DNA from: Alphaproteobacteria bacterium
GTDB lineage: Bacteria > Pseudomonadota > Alphaproteobacteria > GCA-2731375
Direction of reading: 5' to 3'
DNA length: 64,000 nt
NCBI GenBank assembly: GCA_965232515.1
Contig: CBDDPY010000002.1
Coordinates: forward strand, 6,720,001 to 6,784,000
The notes beneath the pieces were generated by a model. The model was not told where the DNA came from. It saw only the letters and a list, made by a program, of their open reading frames with translations, and searched no databases. Each line of letters opens with the position of its first letter. Positions within the stretch are counted from its first letter, which is position 1. This document shows positions 20,009-29,614 of this stretch, in pieces. A program made the translations under genes and the position numbers.

Positions 20009-22081
20009 ATGACAGAACAGAACACGCCCGCCCATCCGGTCTCGCTCGACGACCTGCTGCGGTCGAACAAGGATCAGTTCGACAAGGTCTTCGACACCCA
20101 GATGCGCCGCATCGACGTCGGCGGTACGACCTATACGCCGGCCGCCGAAGAGGCGCCGCCGCCCAAGGTGGTCGTTGCGGCCGAACAGGAAAGCGAAATG
20201 CCGTCGGCGTCGCCGTCCGGCCAGGAACCGGTGCTGGCGCTCGCCGCGCCGGAGACGCTCACGCGCGTCGAGGCCCGGCCGAGCGCGGACGTGGATCCGG
20301 AGCGCGCGCCGGACGCGATCTCGCTTGATCTGGTCGAGGGCGCGTTGCGGAACGCCCGGCGCGAGATGGACGCCGCTCTGCGGTGGCAGGCCATCTCGCC
20401 GGCGATCCGCGACCAGCATGACGCGTTTCCGACGCTTGCCGACGCCGAGGGCCGAATGCTCGCCGGTTCGTTCGGCGGCTTTCTGCGGGACATGTTGCAG
20501 CAGCAGATGCCGGATCTGCAGCCGGGCGACGTGATCCTGCAGAGCGACCCCTACCGCAGCGACGGCGCGGTTGGCCACGTGAACGACTGGCTGGTGCTGA
20601 TGCCGGTGTTCTACGGTGACGTGCCGGTCGGGTTCAGCGCCATGTGCGGCCACATGGTCGACGTCGGCGGGCCGGTGCCCGGCAGCCTGCCGACCTCGGC
20701 GACCTCGATCTTCGGCGAAGGCATCCGCATCCCGCCGATCAAGCTCTACGCGGGCGGTGAGCCGAACCGGGCCGTGCTCGACCTGTTATGGAATAACACC
20801 CGGACGCCCGACCTGAACTACGCCGATCTGATGGCGCTGGTTGCCGCCTGCCGGGTCGGCGAGCGGCGCCTGATCGAGATCTGCGACCGCTTCGGCGTGG
20901 CGCCTTTCCGGCGCGCCGGCGAGGCGCTGCGCGAACGCACGAAACGCACCCTGCGGCGCCTGATCGTCCAATATCTGCCCGAGGAACCGCAGTCGTTCGA
21001 GGACCATATCGACAGCGACGGACGGGGGAACGGGCCGTTCAAGATCAAGCTGACGGTCTGGCGCGAGGGCGAGCAGGCCTTCTTCGACTGGACCGGAACG
21101 GCCGCCCAGGCGCCGGGGCCGGTCAACTTCTATCTGCATGACGGTCTGTTTAAATCCGTCGTCGGCGCCTATTTGAGTCGGGCGGTCGATCCGCGTATCC
21201 AGCTCAACGATGCATTCTACGATCTGATCCACGTTACCCTGCCGAAGGGCTCGTTGCTGCGCCCGACATTTCCAGCAGCGCTTGGCGGACGCGCGCATGC
21301 CATGTCGCGGCAGTTCGACGTGCTGACGGGCGCCATGAGCCGCACCATGCCCCGCGAGGCGACGGCGGCCGGCTGCGGCTCCAGCCCGCAATTCCGCTTC
21401 GCCGGGATCGATCGCGACGGTCGACCCTTCCAGTTCGCGGATCACGTTTTCGGCGGCATTCCCGGCCGGCCCGTCGCCGACGGCATCGACGGCCATGCCT
21501 GGCAACCGATGGCCGAGACCGCGCCCGTCGAAACTCTCGAAAGCTGCTATCCTGTCATCGTCGAGCGTTGCGGCGCGGTGCCGGACTCCGGCGGGGTTGG
21601 ACAGCATCGCGGCGGCAACGGGGTGGAGAAGGTCTACCTGCTGCTCGAGACGGGGGAGGTGTCAATTCACGACGATCGCGAGCGCACGCAGCCCTGGGGT
21701 ATTGGGGGCGGCGGGCCGGGCGCCAGTTCGGCGAAGTGGATCGAGCGGAAGGACGGCGAGCGCGCGCCGCTGCCGTCGAAGATTGATCGTCTCAAGGTGC
21801 GCAACGGCGACCGCATTATCTTCCGCACCGCCGCCGGCGGCGGCTGGGGCGATCCGCTGGAGCGCGATCCGGTTCGGGTCCGTAAAGATGTGGTCCGCGG
21901 CCTCGCGACCGCCGAAGCGACGCGGGCGGCCTACGGCGTCGTGCTGACAGAGGACGGCCTTGAGATTGACATCGGCGCGACCGAGGAGTTGCGAGACGAA
22001 AAGCGCCGGAACCGGCGACCGACGTCGGCATTCGACTTCGGTGAGCGGCGGCGCGACAATGGCGACACGGATACGAGTTGA
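20009..22081 (+). CDS. Hydantoinase B/oxoprolinase subunit (HyuB-like) with a ~95-aa N-terminal extension
   Basis: GDVILQSDPY..GHVND; GHMVDVGG; EGIRIPPIK; DSGGVGQHRGG; GGGWGDPLERDP. Confidence 0.9.
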   Translation: MTEQNTPAHPVSLDDLLRSNKDQFDKVFDTQMRRIDVGGTTYTPAAEEAPPPKVVVAAEQESEMPSASPSGQEPVLALAAPETLTRVEARPSADVDPERAPDAISLDLVEGALRNARREMDAALRWQAISPAIRDQHDAFPTLADAEGRMLAGSFGGFLRDMLQQQMPDLQPGDVILQSDPYRSDGAVGHVNDWLVLMPVFYGDVPVGFSAMCGHMVDVGGPVPGSLPTSATSIFGEGIRIPPIKLYAGGEPNRAVLDLLWNNTRTPDLNYADLMALVAACRVGERRLIEICDRFGVAPFRRAGEALRERTKRTLRRLIVQYLPEEPQSFEDHIDSDGRGNGPFKIKLTVWREGEQAFFDWTGTAAQAPGPVNFYLHDGLFKSVVGAYLSRAVDPRIQLNDAFYDLIHVTLPKGSLLRPTFPAALGGRAHAMSRQFDVLTGAMSRTMPREATAAGCGSSPQFRFAGIDRDGRPFQFADHVFGGIPGRPVADGIDGHAWQPMAETAPVETLESCYPVIVERCGAVPDSGGVGQHRGGNGVEKVYLLLETGEVSIHDDRERTQPWGIGGGGPGASSAKWIERKDGERAPLPSKIDRLKVRNGDRIIFRTAAGGGWGDPLERDPVRVRKDVVRGLATAEATRAAYGVVLTEDGLEIDIGATEELRDEKRRNRRPTSAFDFGERRRDNGDTDTS

Positions 22082-22164
22082 GGACGACGGCCGATAATGG
22101 GCGTGCGTGAATTGCGTTTTCAAACGCGCGGCAGAGCAACGACAAAAAGACGGGTGCTGGGGAC

Positions 22165-24981
22165 ATGTACGAGATCGGAATATCACTGCTGATTGCGGCG
22201 ATCGTTGTTATCGCGATCGTCTACATCATCTCCATCTGGATCTATAAACGCGCGCCGGCCAACATGGGCTTCATTCGGACCGGCTTCCTCGGCACCAAAG
22301 TGTGTCTCGGCCGCGGCGCCATCGTGCTGCCGGTGTTCCATGAGGTCACCTGGATCTCGCTCGAGACCATCAAGCTGATCGTCAGCCGCTCGCGCGACCA
22401 GGCGATCCTGACCTCGGACAAGATCCGCGTCGATGTCGTCGCCGAGCTCTATGCCCATGTCGGCCATAGCGAGGACGCGCTGCTGACCGCCAGCCGCAGC
22501 CTGGGCGAGAAGACCTTCGATCCGGAAAAGGTCCGCAACCTGCTGGAAGCGAAGGTGGTGAGCGCGCTGCGCAGCTACGCGGCGACGAAGACGTTGACCG
22601 AGCTGCACGAGAACCGCGATGCCTTCGCGCAGGAGATCAAGGCGAATGTGCTGGAGAGCTTCAGCGCCAACGGTCTCATGCTCGAAGAGGTCACGATCGT
22701 GACCATGGAGCAGTCGTCGAAGGAATACTTCAAGACCGACAACGTGTTCGACGCCGAGGGCCTGAAGATCATCACCGAGATCACCTCGGACGCCCGCCGG
22801 CGCGTGCATGACACCGAGAAAAAGACCACGGTCGCTATCCGCCAGAAGGATCTGGACACGCAGCTCGAGCTGCTCGAGATCGAGCGGCAGGAGGCCTTCG
22901 CGCGCGCCGATCAGGACAAGTCTGTCGCCAACGAGCAGGCGCTGCAGCTCGGCCAGAAGCAGATCTACGTGCTGGACCAGCGCATGGCCGTCGAAGAAAA
23001 GGAGATCGAGAACGACAAGAACCTCGAACGGCTGCGCACGGAACGCGATGTCGCGGTCACCGAGGAGGCGAAGAAGCGCGAGATCGCCGAGATCCAGAAG
23101 GCCCTGGCGTTGGAGCAGGAGCGGCGCGACCGCGAGATCGCCATCATCGCCAAGGCCGAGCAGGAGGAGCTCGCCAATATCGGCCGCAATCTGTCGCTGG
23201 AGAAGGCCGAGAAGGATCGCGAAATCGAGCTGATCGGGAAGGCGAAGCAGGAGGAACTGGCCGAGATCCAGCGCGGGCTCGAGCGCGAGCGTGCCGAGAA
23301 GGACCGCGAGATCGAGCTGACTGAGAAGGAGCGCGAGCGGCAACAGGCCGAGATCCAGCGCGTCACCGCCGTGACCGAGGATGAAGAAGTCGCGCGCGAC
23401 AAGCGGCACCAGGTCGCCGAAGCGACAGCGCTCGCCATGCGCAAGCGCAGCCTCGAAACCAAGCTCGCCATGCTGAACATCGACAAGGACGAGGCCGTGG
23501 CGGCCGCCGTGCAGCAGCAGGAAGTCTCTCACGAGAAGGCCCGCGTGCTGAGCGAGCAGCAGCGTTTCGTGCTGGAGCAGCGCTGGCAGGTCGAGAAGGA
23601 GGAGATCGAGAAAGCGCTGGCGCTGGAGAAGGCGCAGATCAACAAGGAAGCCGCGATCCTCGAGGAGTCGAAAGTGCGCGAGGCGGCCGAGATCCGTCGC
23701 ACGCTCGCCCGCGAGCAGGAGGAGCGGGACCGCGAGATCGCGCTCGTGGCCAAGGCCGAGGAGCTGGAGCGCGCGGAGATCCGCCGGGCGCTGGCCCGCG
23801 AGCAGGAGGAGCGCGACAGCCAAGTGGCGCTGGTCGCCAAGGATGGCGAGGTCCGCCGGGCCGAGGTGCAGCAGACGCTGCAGGTCGAGATGGCCGAGCG
23901 CGACCGCGAGATTTCGCTGATCTCCAAGGAACAGGAGCGCGAAAAGGTGGATATCCAGCGCTTCCTGGCGCGCGAGGTCGAGGAGCGCAACCGCGAGATC
24001 GTGCTGGTCGACAAGACCCGCGAGCTGGAGGAGGTCGAGGCGAAGCGGCTGCAAACCACGGCCGAGAAGGAGCGGGCCGAGCATGCGGTCCAATCGGTGC
24101 GCCAGCGGGCCGATGCCGAGCTGTCGAAGGAGATCGATTTGATCTCGGCGGCGAAGCTGGCCGAGAGCCGGCGGATCGACGAGGAAAACAAGGCTCAGAT
24201 TACGCGCATGCACATGCTGACTCAGTCGGAGGCCCGCAAGGCCGCGGCGCAGCAGGAATCGGAGGCGACGCTGATTCGGGCGCGGGCCACCAGCGAGGCT
24301 CAGAAGATCACCGCCGACGGCATCGAGCGCGAGGCCGGCGCCAAGGGCCGCGCCGAAGCGGAGATCGAGGCGCTCAAGGCCGACAACGCCAAGCGCATGC
24401 TGGAGGCCGAGGCCAGCGGCATCGAGGCCAAGGCCGACGCCTTGAAGAAGTACAACGACGCCGCGACATTCCTGGAGCTCGCGAAGCTGCACATCGAGGC
24501 CGAGCGCGATATCCATATCGATCAGGCCAAGGCGATGGGCAACGCGTTGTCGGGCGCGCAGATCCGCATGTATGGCGGCGGCGACGGCACGGTCGACACC
24601 ATTCGCGGCATGTTCACCTCCGGCTTCGGCCTGGGCGAGGCGCTGGAAGGCGTGGCCCAGTCGTTGCCCGAGGGCATTCGCGAGCGCTTTGCCGAGAACG
24701 GCATCCGCGGCCTGTTCGGTCGTCCCGGCGGCAACGGCGAGTTCCGCCAGTCGGTCGCGCGGCTGGCCGAGCTGGTGCAGAGCAACATGCGCTCGCGCAA
24801 GGCGCGCGAGGTGCCGTTCAAGGACGCCATGGCGACGCTGCAGGCGCAGGTCGGCGACGACGCGGCGGCGGGCCGCGCGCTGACGGTGTTGAACGAGCTC
24901 AACGCCAACGGCACCTTCGACGAGGTGCCGTTCGAGAGCGTCTGGTCGCTTCTGCAGGCGACGATGAAGGCGGCGGATTGA
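22165..24981 (+). CDS. Very long SPFH/flotillin-family protein (938 aa) with 29-aa helical repeats
   Basis: N-terminal TM; SPFH core (IRTGFLG, GAIVLPVFHE, LTSDKIRVDVVAELY, ALRSYAA, NVFDAEGL); ~580 aa of E/R/K/A-rich helix; flotillin-like AEAEA/KADALKKYN end. Confidence 0.88.
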   Translation: MYEIGISLLIAAIVVIAIVYIISIWIYKRAPANMGFIRTGFLGTKVCLGRGAIVLPVFHEVTWISLETIKLIVSRSRDQAILTSDKIRVDVVAELYAHVGHSEDALLTASRSLGEKTFDPEKVRNLLEAKVVSALRSYAATKTLTELHENRDAFAQEIKANVLESFSANGLMLEEVTIVTMEQSSKEYFKTDNVFDAEGLKIITEITSDARRRVHDTEKKTTVAIRQKDLDTQLELLEIERQEAFARADQDKSVANEQALQLGQKQIYVLDQRMAVEEKEIENDKNLERLRTERDVAVTEEAKKREIAEIQKALALEQERRDREIAIIAKAEQEELANIGRNLSLEKAEKDREIELIGKAKQEELAEIQRGLERERAEKDREIELTEKERERQQAEIQRVTAVTEDEEVARDKRHQVAEATALAMRKRSLETKLAMLNIDKDEAVAAAVQQQEVSHEKARVLSEQQRFVLEQRWQVEKEEIEKALALEKAQINKEAAILEESKVREAAEIRRTLAREQEERDREIALVAKAEELERAEIRRALAREQEERDSQVALVAKDGEVRRAEVQQTLQVEMAERDREISLISKEQEREKVDIQRFLAREVEERNREIVLVDKTRELEEVEAKRLQTTAEKERAEHAVQSVRQRADAELSKEIDLISAAKLAESRRIDEENKAQITRMHMLTQSEARKAAAQQESEATLIRARATSEAQKITADGIEREAGAKGRAEAEIEALKADNAKRMLEAEASGIEAKADALKKYNDAATFLELAKLHIEAERDIHIDQAKAMGNALSGAQIRMYGGGDGTVDTIRGMFTSGFGLGEALEGVAQSLPEGIRERFAENGIRGLFGRPGGNGEFRQSVARLAELVQSNMRSRKAREVPFKDAMATLQAQVGDDAAAGRALTVLNELNANGTFDEVPFESVWSLLQATMKAAD

Positions 24982-24997
24982 GCGCGTAACCGGGCCG

Positions 24998-26080
24998 ATG
25001 CCGCAGTACGACGTCATCCTGGAGCATGTCGACAAGACCTTCGACGGTGACGTCCGAGCGGTGATCGACTTCAACGCTGAGATCGAGCAGGGCGAGTTCG
25101 TCGCCATGCTCGGTCCCAGCGGCTGCGGCAAGACCACGACACTGCGCATGATCGGCGGCCTGGAGGAGGTGACGGCCGGCAAGATTTTCATCGCCGGCCA
25201 GGACGTGACCGATCTGCCGCCGTCGCATCGCGACACGGCGATGATGTTTCAGAGCTTCGCGCTGTTCCCGCACCGCACCGTGTTCCAGAACGTCGAGTTC
25301 AGCTTGAAGATGAAAGGCATCGCGCCGGACGAGCGGGCGCGTCATGTCTGGGAAATGTTGGAGATGGTCGGCCTCGCCGATTTCTCCAGTCGGCGTCCGA
25401 GCGACCTCAGCGGCGGTCAGCAGCAACGCGTGGCCTTGGCCCGCGCGCTGATCAGCCGGCCGACGGTGCTCTTGCTGGACGAGCCGCTGGGCGCGCTCGA
25501 CTACAACCTGCGTCAGACCATGATGGTCGAGCTGAAGAAGATCCAGCGCGAGACCGGCATCACCTTCATCATGGTCACGCACTCGCAGCAGGAAGCCATG
25601 TCGATGGCCGACAAGGTCATCGTCATGAGCGACTCCGTGATCCAGCAGATCGGCACCTCGCGTGAAATCCATGAGTATCCGCGCACCAAATTCGTCGCCG
25701 AGTTCATTGGCAACAACAACCTGTTCCCCGGCGTGATCAAGTCGCGGAGCGGCTCGATCATCTTCGTCGAGTTCAACGACCATCTGCTCTATGTGAAAGC
25801 GCCCGAGGAATTGCGCGATGTCGAGGTGGGCCGGGAGATCTATTTCTCCGTCCGCGCCGACCTCATGCATGCCGGCGACCACCCCGACATGGCGAACCGG
25901 ATCGAGGGCAGCTACGTCACCACAGAGTTCATGGGCACGCTGGAAACGGATGTCTTCGAGGTCGCGCCCGGCATCTACGTGCATGTCGAGCAGCACCGCA
26001 AGGTAACCGACCATGTCTACAGCATGGGCGACCGCGAAACGATCTGCTGGGCGGCCGAGGCCGGCGTCATTCTGGAATAA
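24998..26080 (+). CDS. PotA-like ABC ATPase
   Basis: GPSGCGKTT; FQSFALFPH; LSGGQQQRVALARA; LLLDEPLGALD. Confidence 0.93.
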   Translation: MPQYDVILEHVDKTFDGDVRAVIDFNAEIEQGEFVAMLGPSGCGKTTTLRMIGGLEEVTAGKIFIAGQDVTDLPPSHRDTAMMFQSFALFPHRTVFQNVEFSLKMKGIAPDERARHVWEMLEMVGLADFSSRRPSDLSGGQQQRVALARALISRPTVLLLDEPLGALDYNLRQTMMVELKKIQRETGITFIMVTHSQQEAMSMADKVIVMSDSVIQQIGTSREIHEYPRTKFVAEFIGNNNLFPGVIKSRSGSIIFVEFNDHLLYVKAPEELRDVEVGREIYFSVRADLMHAGDHPDMANRIEGSYVTTEFMGTLETDVFEVAPGIYVHVEQHRKVTDHVYSMGDRETICWAAEAGVILE

Positions 26081-26124
26081 CCGCCGGCTGCCCATTGGTA
26101 TCTCCAAAATCGGGTGAGTAAGGC

Positions 26125-27591
26125 ATGACCAAGGGAGAAGGCGAGCGCGCCTTGCGGGTGGCGGTGATCGGCGCCGGCATGTCGGGCATTCTCGCCGCCA
26201 TCAAGCTGCGCGAGGCCGGCATCACCGACATCGCGATCTACGAGAAGGCAGACCGTCTGGGCGGCACGTGGCGCGACAACACCTATCCCGGCCTGTCCTG
26301 CGACGTGCCCTCCCACCTCTACACCTATTCTTTCGAGCCGAACCCGGACTGGAGCCATCGCTTTTCGCCCGGGGCCGAGATCCAGGCCTATTTCGAGAAG
26401 GTCGCGGCGAAATACGACGTCGAGCCGCTGATCGCCTACAACGCCGAGGTCACGCGCGCCGCGTTCGAGGACGGCAAGTGGCGGCTTGAGATCAAGGACG
26501 GGCGGACCGATTTGGTCGACATCGTGTTGACCGCGACCGGCGTGCTGCACCACCCGGTCTACCCAACGATCGACGGTCTCACCAGCTTTGCCGGCGCCTG
26601 TTTCCACAGCGCGCGTTGGGACCACGGCGTGCCGCTCGCGGGCAAACGGGTCGGCATCATCGGCACCGGCTCGACCGGCGTTCAGATCCTGCCCGCCATC
26701 GTCGACGAGGTCGCCTCGATCAGCCTGTTCCAGCGCACCGCGCAATGGATCCTGCCGCTGCCGAATCCCGCGCACAGCGAAGAGGAGAAGGCGGCGTTCC
26801 GGGCATCGCCCGAGCTGCTGCGGGCGACCTACCTCGATCTGGCGGAGCGGTTCCAGAACACCTTCGCCCGCGCCGTGGTCGGCGATTCCGCGCAGATGCA
26901 GCGCATCGCGGATGCCTGCCAGGCGAACCTTGACGACAATGTCGCCGATCCCGAGCTGCGGCAAAAGTTGACGCCGGACTATCAGGTCGCCTGCAAACGC
27001 CTGATCATGTCGGATCAGTTCTATCCCGCGATCCAGAAACCGAACGCCCATCTAGTGACCGAGGCGATCACCCGCATCGAGCCCGAGGGCGTGCGCGCCG
27101 CCGATGGGCAACTGCACGAGCTGGACGTGCTGGTGCTGGCGACCGGCTTCGACGGCCACCGCTTCATGCGGCCGATGCAAATCGTCGGCCGCGACGGCCG
27201 GACCTTGGAAGACGCCTGGGCCGCCGCGAACGAGGCCTATCGCTCGGTCGCTGTGCCCGGCTTCCCGAACTTCTTCACGATGGTCGGTCCGAACAGCCCG
27301 ATCGGCAATTTCTCGCTGATCATGATCTCCGAGATGCAGCTCGCCTACATCATGCAGCTCATCGAGCTGGTCCGGACGGGCGAATGCCGGGAGGTCGCGC
27401 CGACCGCGGCCGCGACTGTGCGCTTCAACGCTGCCATCAAGGAGGCCATGAAAGGCACGGTCTGGGTTACCGGCTGCCGCAGCTGGTATCTCGACAAGAA
27501 CGGCAATCCGGCGATGTGGCCCTGGACCTTCGAGCGCTTTGAGGCCGAGATGGCCAAGCCCGACCTCAGCGAATTCGAGCTCGTCGCCTGA
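26125..27591 (+). CDS. Flavin-containing monooxygenase (Baeyer-Villiger type)
   Basis: GAGMSG; GGTWRDNTYPG..CDVP; FAGACFHSARW (FxGxxxHxxxW); GTGSTG; ATGF. Confidence 0.92.
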   Translation: MTKGEGERALRVAVIGAGMSGILAAIKLREAGITDIAIYEKADRLGGTWRDNTYPGLSCDVPSHLYTYSFEPNPDWSHRFSPGAEIQAYFEKVAAKYDVEPLIAYNAEVTRAAFEDGKWRLEIKDGRTDLVDIVLTATGVLHHPVYPTIDGLTSFAGACFHSARWDHGVPLAGKRVGIIGTGSTGVQILPAIVDEVASISLFQRTAQWILPLPNPAHSEEEKAAFRASPELLRATYLDLAERFQNTFARAVVGDSAQMQRIADACQANLDDNVADPELRQKLTPDYQVACKRLIMSDQFYPAIQKPNAHLVTEAITRIEPEGVRAADGQLHELDVLVLATGFDGHRFMRPMQIVGRDGRTLEDAWAAANEAYRSVAVPGFPNFFTMVGPNSPIGNFSLIMISEMQLAYIMQLIELVRTGECREVAPTAAATVRFNAAIKEAMKGTVWVTGCRSWYLDKNGNPAMWPWTFERFEAEMAKPDLSEFELVA

Positions 27592-27595
27592 GTTC

Positions 27596-27683
27596 CTGGA
27601 TGCCCGGATCAAGTCCGGGCATGACGTTGCGGTGATGCGATCGGACCAAATTCGTCATTACCGGGCTTGACCCGGTAATCCAG
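27596..27683. repeat. Inverted pair of alphaproteobacterial REP/RPE-like palindromic units between convergent genes
   Basis: CTGGATGCCCGGATCAAGTCCGGGCATGACG (27596-27626) and CGTCATTACCGGGCTTGACCCGGTAATCCAG (27653-27683); same family as 49261-49344. Confidence 0.85.
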
Positions 27684-27712
27684 TCAGCGGTCCATGCGGA
27701 TTGGAAGCTGCG

Positions 27713-28540
27713 TCACCTGAACCGGCGCATCAGCAGCGTGTAGATCACCAGGAACAGGCCGATCATCAGCAGCGAGAACACGGTCGACGCCGTGCCCAGC
27801 GCAAACAATGTCGGTCTTATGCGCTGGGTCATCGAGGCGTTGATGTCGAGCGGCAGGGTGTTGAACTCGCCGGCGAGCAATGTGGTGCGCGCGAACTCGT
27901 CGTAGGACAGCGTGAAGCCGAACAACCCGGCGGCGACGATGCCGGGCGTGATCAGCGGCAGCGTCACCTCCTTGAAGACCGTCCATTCGTCGGCGCCCAT
28001 ATCGCGGGCCGCCTCCTCCAGTCTGCCGTCGAAACGGTTGAACACGGCCATCATCACCAGGAAGCCGAACGGCAAGGTCCAGACCACGTGCACGCCCAGC
28101 GCCGAGGAATACCAGGCCGGCGGAATGCCGATCTGCCGCATCAGTGAGGCGAGGCCGAGGCTGAGCAGAATGCCGGGCACCATCAGGCCCGCCATCACCG
28201 TGTAGAACAGCACGTTCGACCCGGTGAAACGCTTGCGGAAGGCCATCGCCAGCATGGTCGAGAACAAAGCCGTAATGACCATGACGATCAGCGCCAGGAT
28301 CAGCGAGCGCAACAGCGCGCCCTGCAGATCGCCGACAGTGGACGGCTCGATCAGCTTCTGCCACCAGTGCAGACTGAAGCCGCGCATGGGAAAGCTGGTG
28401 CCGCCGCGACGGCCCTGGAACGACAGCACGAACATCGCGATCATCGGGCCGTAGATGAACAGGATGAAGATGACGTAGTAGACGCTGAACCCGCCCTTGA
28501 TCCAGGCTTTCTTGCGGCGCTCCGGGGTCCAGCGCGCCAT
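27713..28540 (-). CDS. PotC-like ABC permease
   Basis: LEEAARDMGA (EAA motif); FTLSYDEF; TLPL. Confidence 0.92.
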   Translation of the reverse strand: MARWTPERRKKAWIKGGFSVYYVIFILFIYGPMIAMFVLSFQGRRGGTSFPMRGFSLHWWQKLIEPSTVGDLQGALLRSLILALIVMVITALFSTMLAMAFRKRFTGSNVLFYTVMAGLMVPGILLSLGLASLMRQIGIPPAWYSSALGVHVVWTLPFGFLVMMAVFNRFDGRLEEAARDMGADEWTVFKEVTLPLITPGIVAAGLFGFTLSYDEFARTTLLAGEFNTLPLDINASMTQRIRPTLFALGTASTVFSLLMIGLFLVIYTLLMRRFR

Positions 28541-28541
28541 C

Positions 28542-29522
28542 TCAGAGCTCCTTGCGGATGTTGACGACGCGCAGGATCACGACCACGCCGATCATCATGG
28601 CCAGCATCAGCATCAACGCGTTGACCGCCGCGAAGGGATAGTTCGCGATCGCGTAATAGTTCAGGATCACCGTGCCGGTGGTCGTGGTCTTGCCGCCATA
28701 GACCACGACGGCCGTGGCGAATTCGCCCATGATCATGACGAAGATGAAGATCATGCCGATGGCCACGCCCGGCAGCGACAGCGGGCCGATGATCTCGCGG
28801 AAGATCTGGAACGACGTCGCGCCCATGTCGCGCGCGGCTTCCAGGATCGCCTTGTCGATCTTCGCCAGCGAAAAGAAGATCGGCCCGACGCAGAGCACGA
28901 CATAGAGCTGCACCAGCGCCATGGTGTAGCCGAACTCCGAATAGAGCAGCAGGCTTGTCGGCTTGTCGATGGCGCCGATATTGATCAGGAACGTGTTCAA
29001 CAGCCCGCGCCGGCCCAGCATCGGCAGCCAGGCCACGGCGCGGATCAGATAGCTGGTCCAGAACGGCACCATGGCCAGCAGGAACAGCGCCATCTGCCAC
29101 TTGAACGACTGCACCTGCATGGCCAGGAAGTAGGCGATGGGATAGCCGACGATCAGGCACAGCACCATGACCGCCAGCGTGAAATAGAGCGTCGAGCCCA
29201 GCGTGCGCAGGAACACGCTCGGCGTCAGGAAGCGATCACTCTCGGGGTCGAAAAAGCCCTCCGCCTCGAAATAGGCGCGATAGTTCTCCAGCGTCAGCGC
29301 CGGCTCCATACCGTGGCCGGACGACGACCAGAAGCTGAAGACGATGATGCCGAGCAGCGGCAGCACCAGAAACAGGATCAGCCAGGCGCTCGGCAGCGTG
29401 ATCAACCAGGCCGTCGGGAAGCCGGGCTCGCGCCGCAGCTTCTTGGCCTCGTCGATTGCTTGCGGCGGGACCGGCTGGCTGCCGATCAGGCCGGCGTGAT
29501 GTGTATCGGCGATCTGCTGCAT
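28542..29522 (-). CDS. PotB-like ABC permease
   Basis: GYPIAY; PFWTSYLIRAVAW; ILEAARDMGA. Confidence 0.92.
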   Translation of the reverse strand: MQQIADTHHAGLIGSQPVPPQAIDEAKKLRREPGFPTAWLITLPSAWLILFLVLPLLGIIVFSFWSSSGHGMEPALTLENYRAYFEAEGFFDPESDRFLTPSVFLRTLGSTLYFTLAVMVLCLIVGYPIAYFLAMQVQSFKWQMALFLLAMVPFWTSYLIRAVAWLPMLGRRGLLNTFLINIGAIDKPTSLLLYSEFGYTMALVQLYVVLCVGPIFFSLAKIDKAILEAARDMGATSFQIFREIIGPLSLPGVAIGMIFIFVMIMGEFATAVVVYGGKTTTTGTVILNYYAIANYPFAAVNALMLMLAMMIGVVVILRVVNIRKEL

Positions 29523-29614
29523 GCTGGCATCGACGACGCGTTACGACCGAAACGGGCGGGCGCGGCCATTGCCGCCCCGCCCGCCGGTTACACCATTGAT
29601 TGCCGGACCCGCGC

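Noticed and set aside
22183-25236. 1017-aa Leu-rich minus-strand ORF
   Set aside because: Antisense shadow of the flotillin; GAG/AAG codons read as CTC/CTT (Leu) on the reverse strand.
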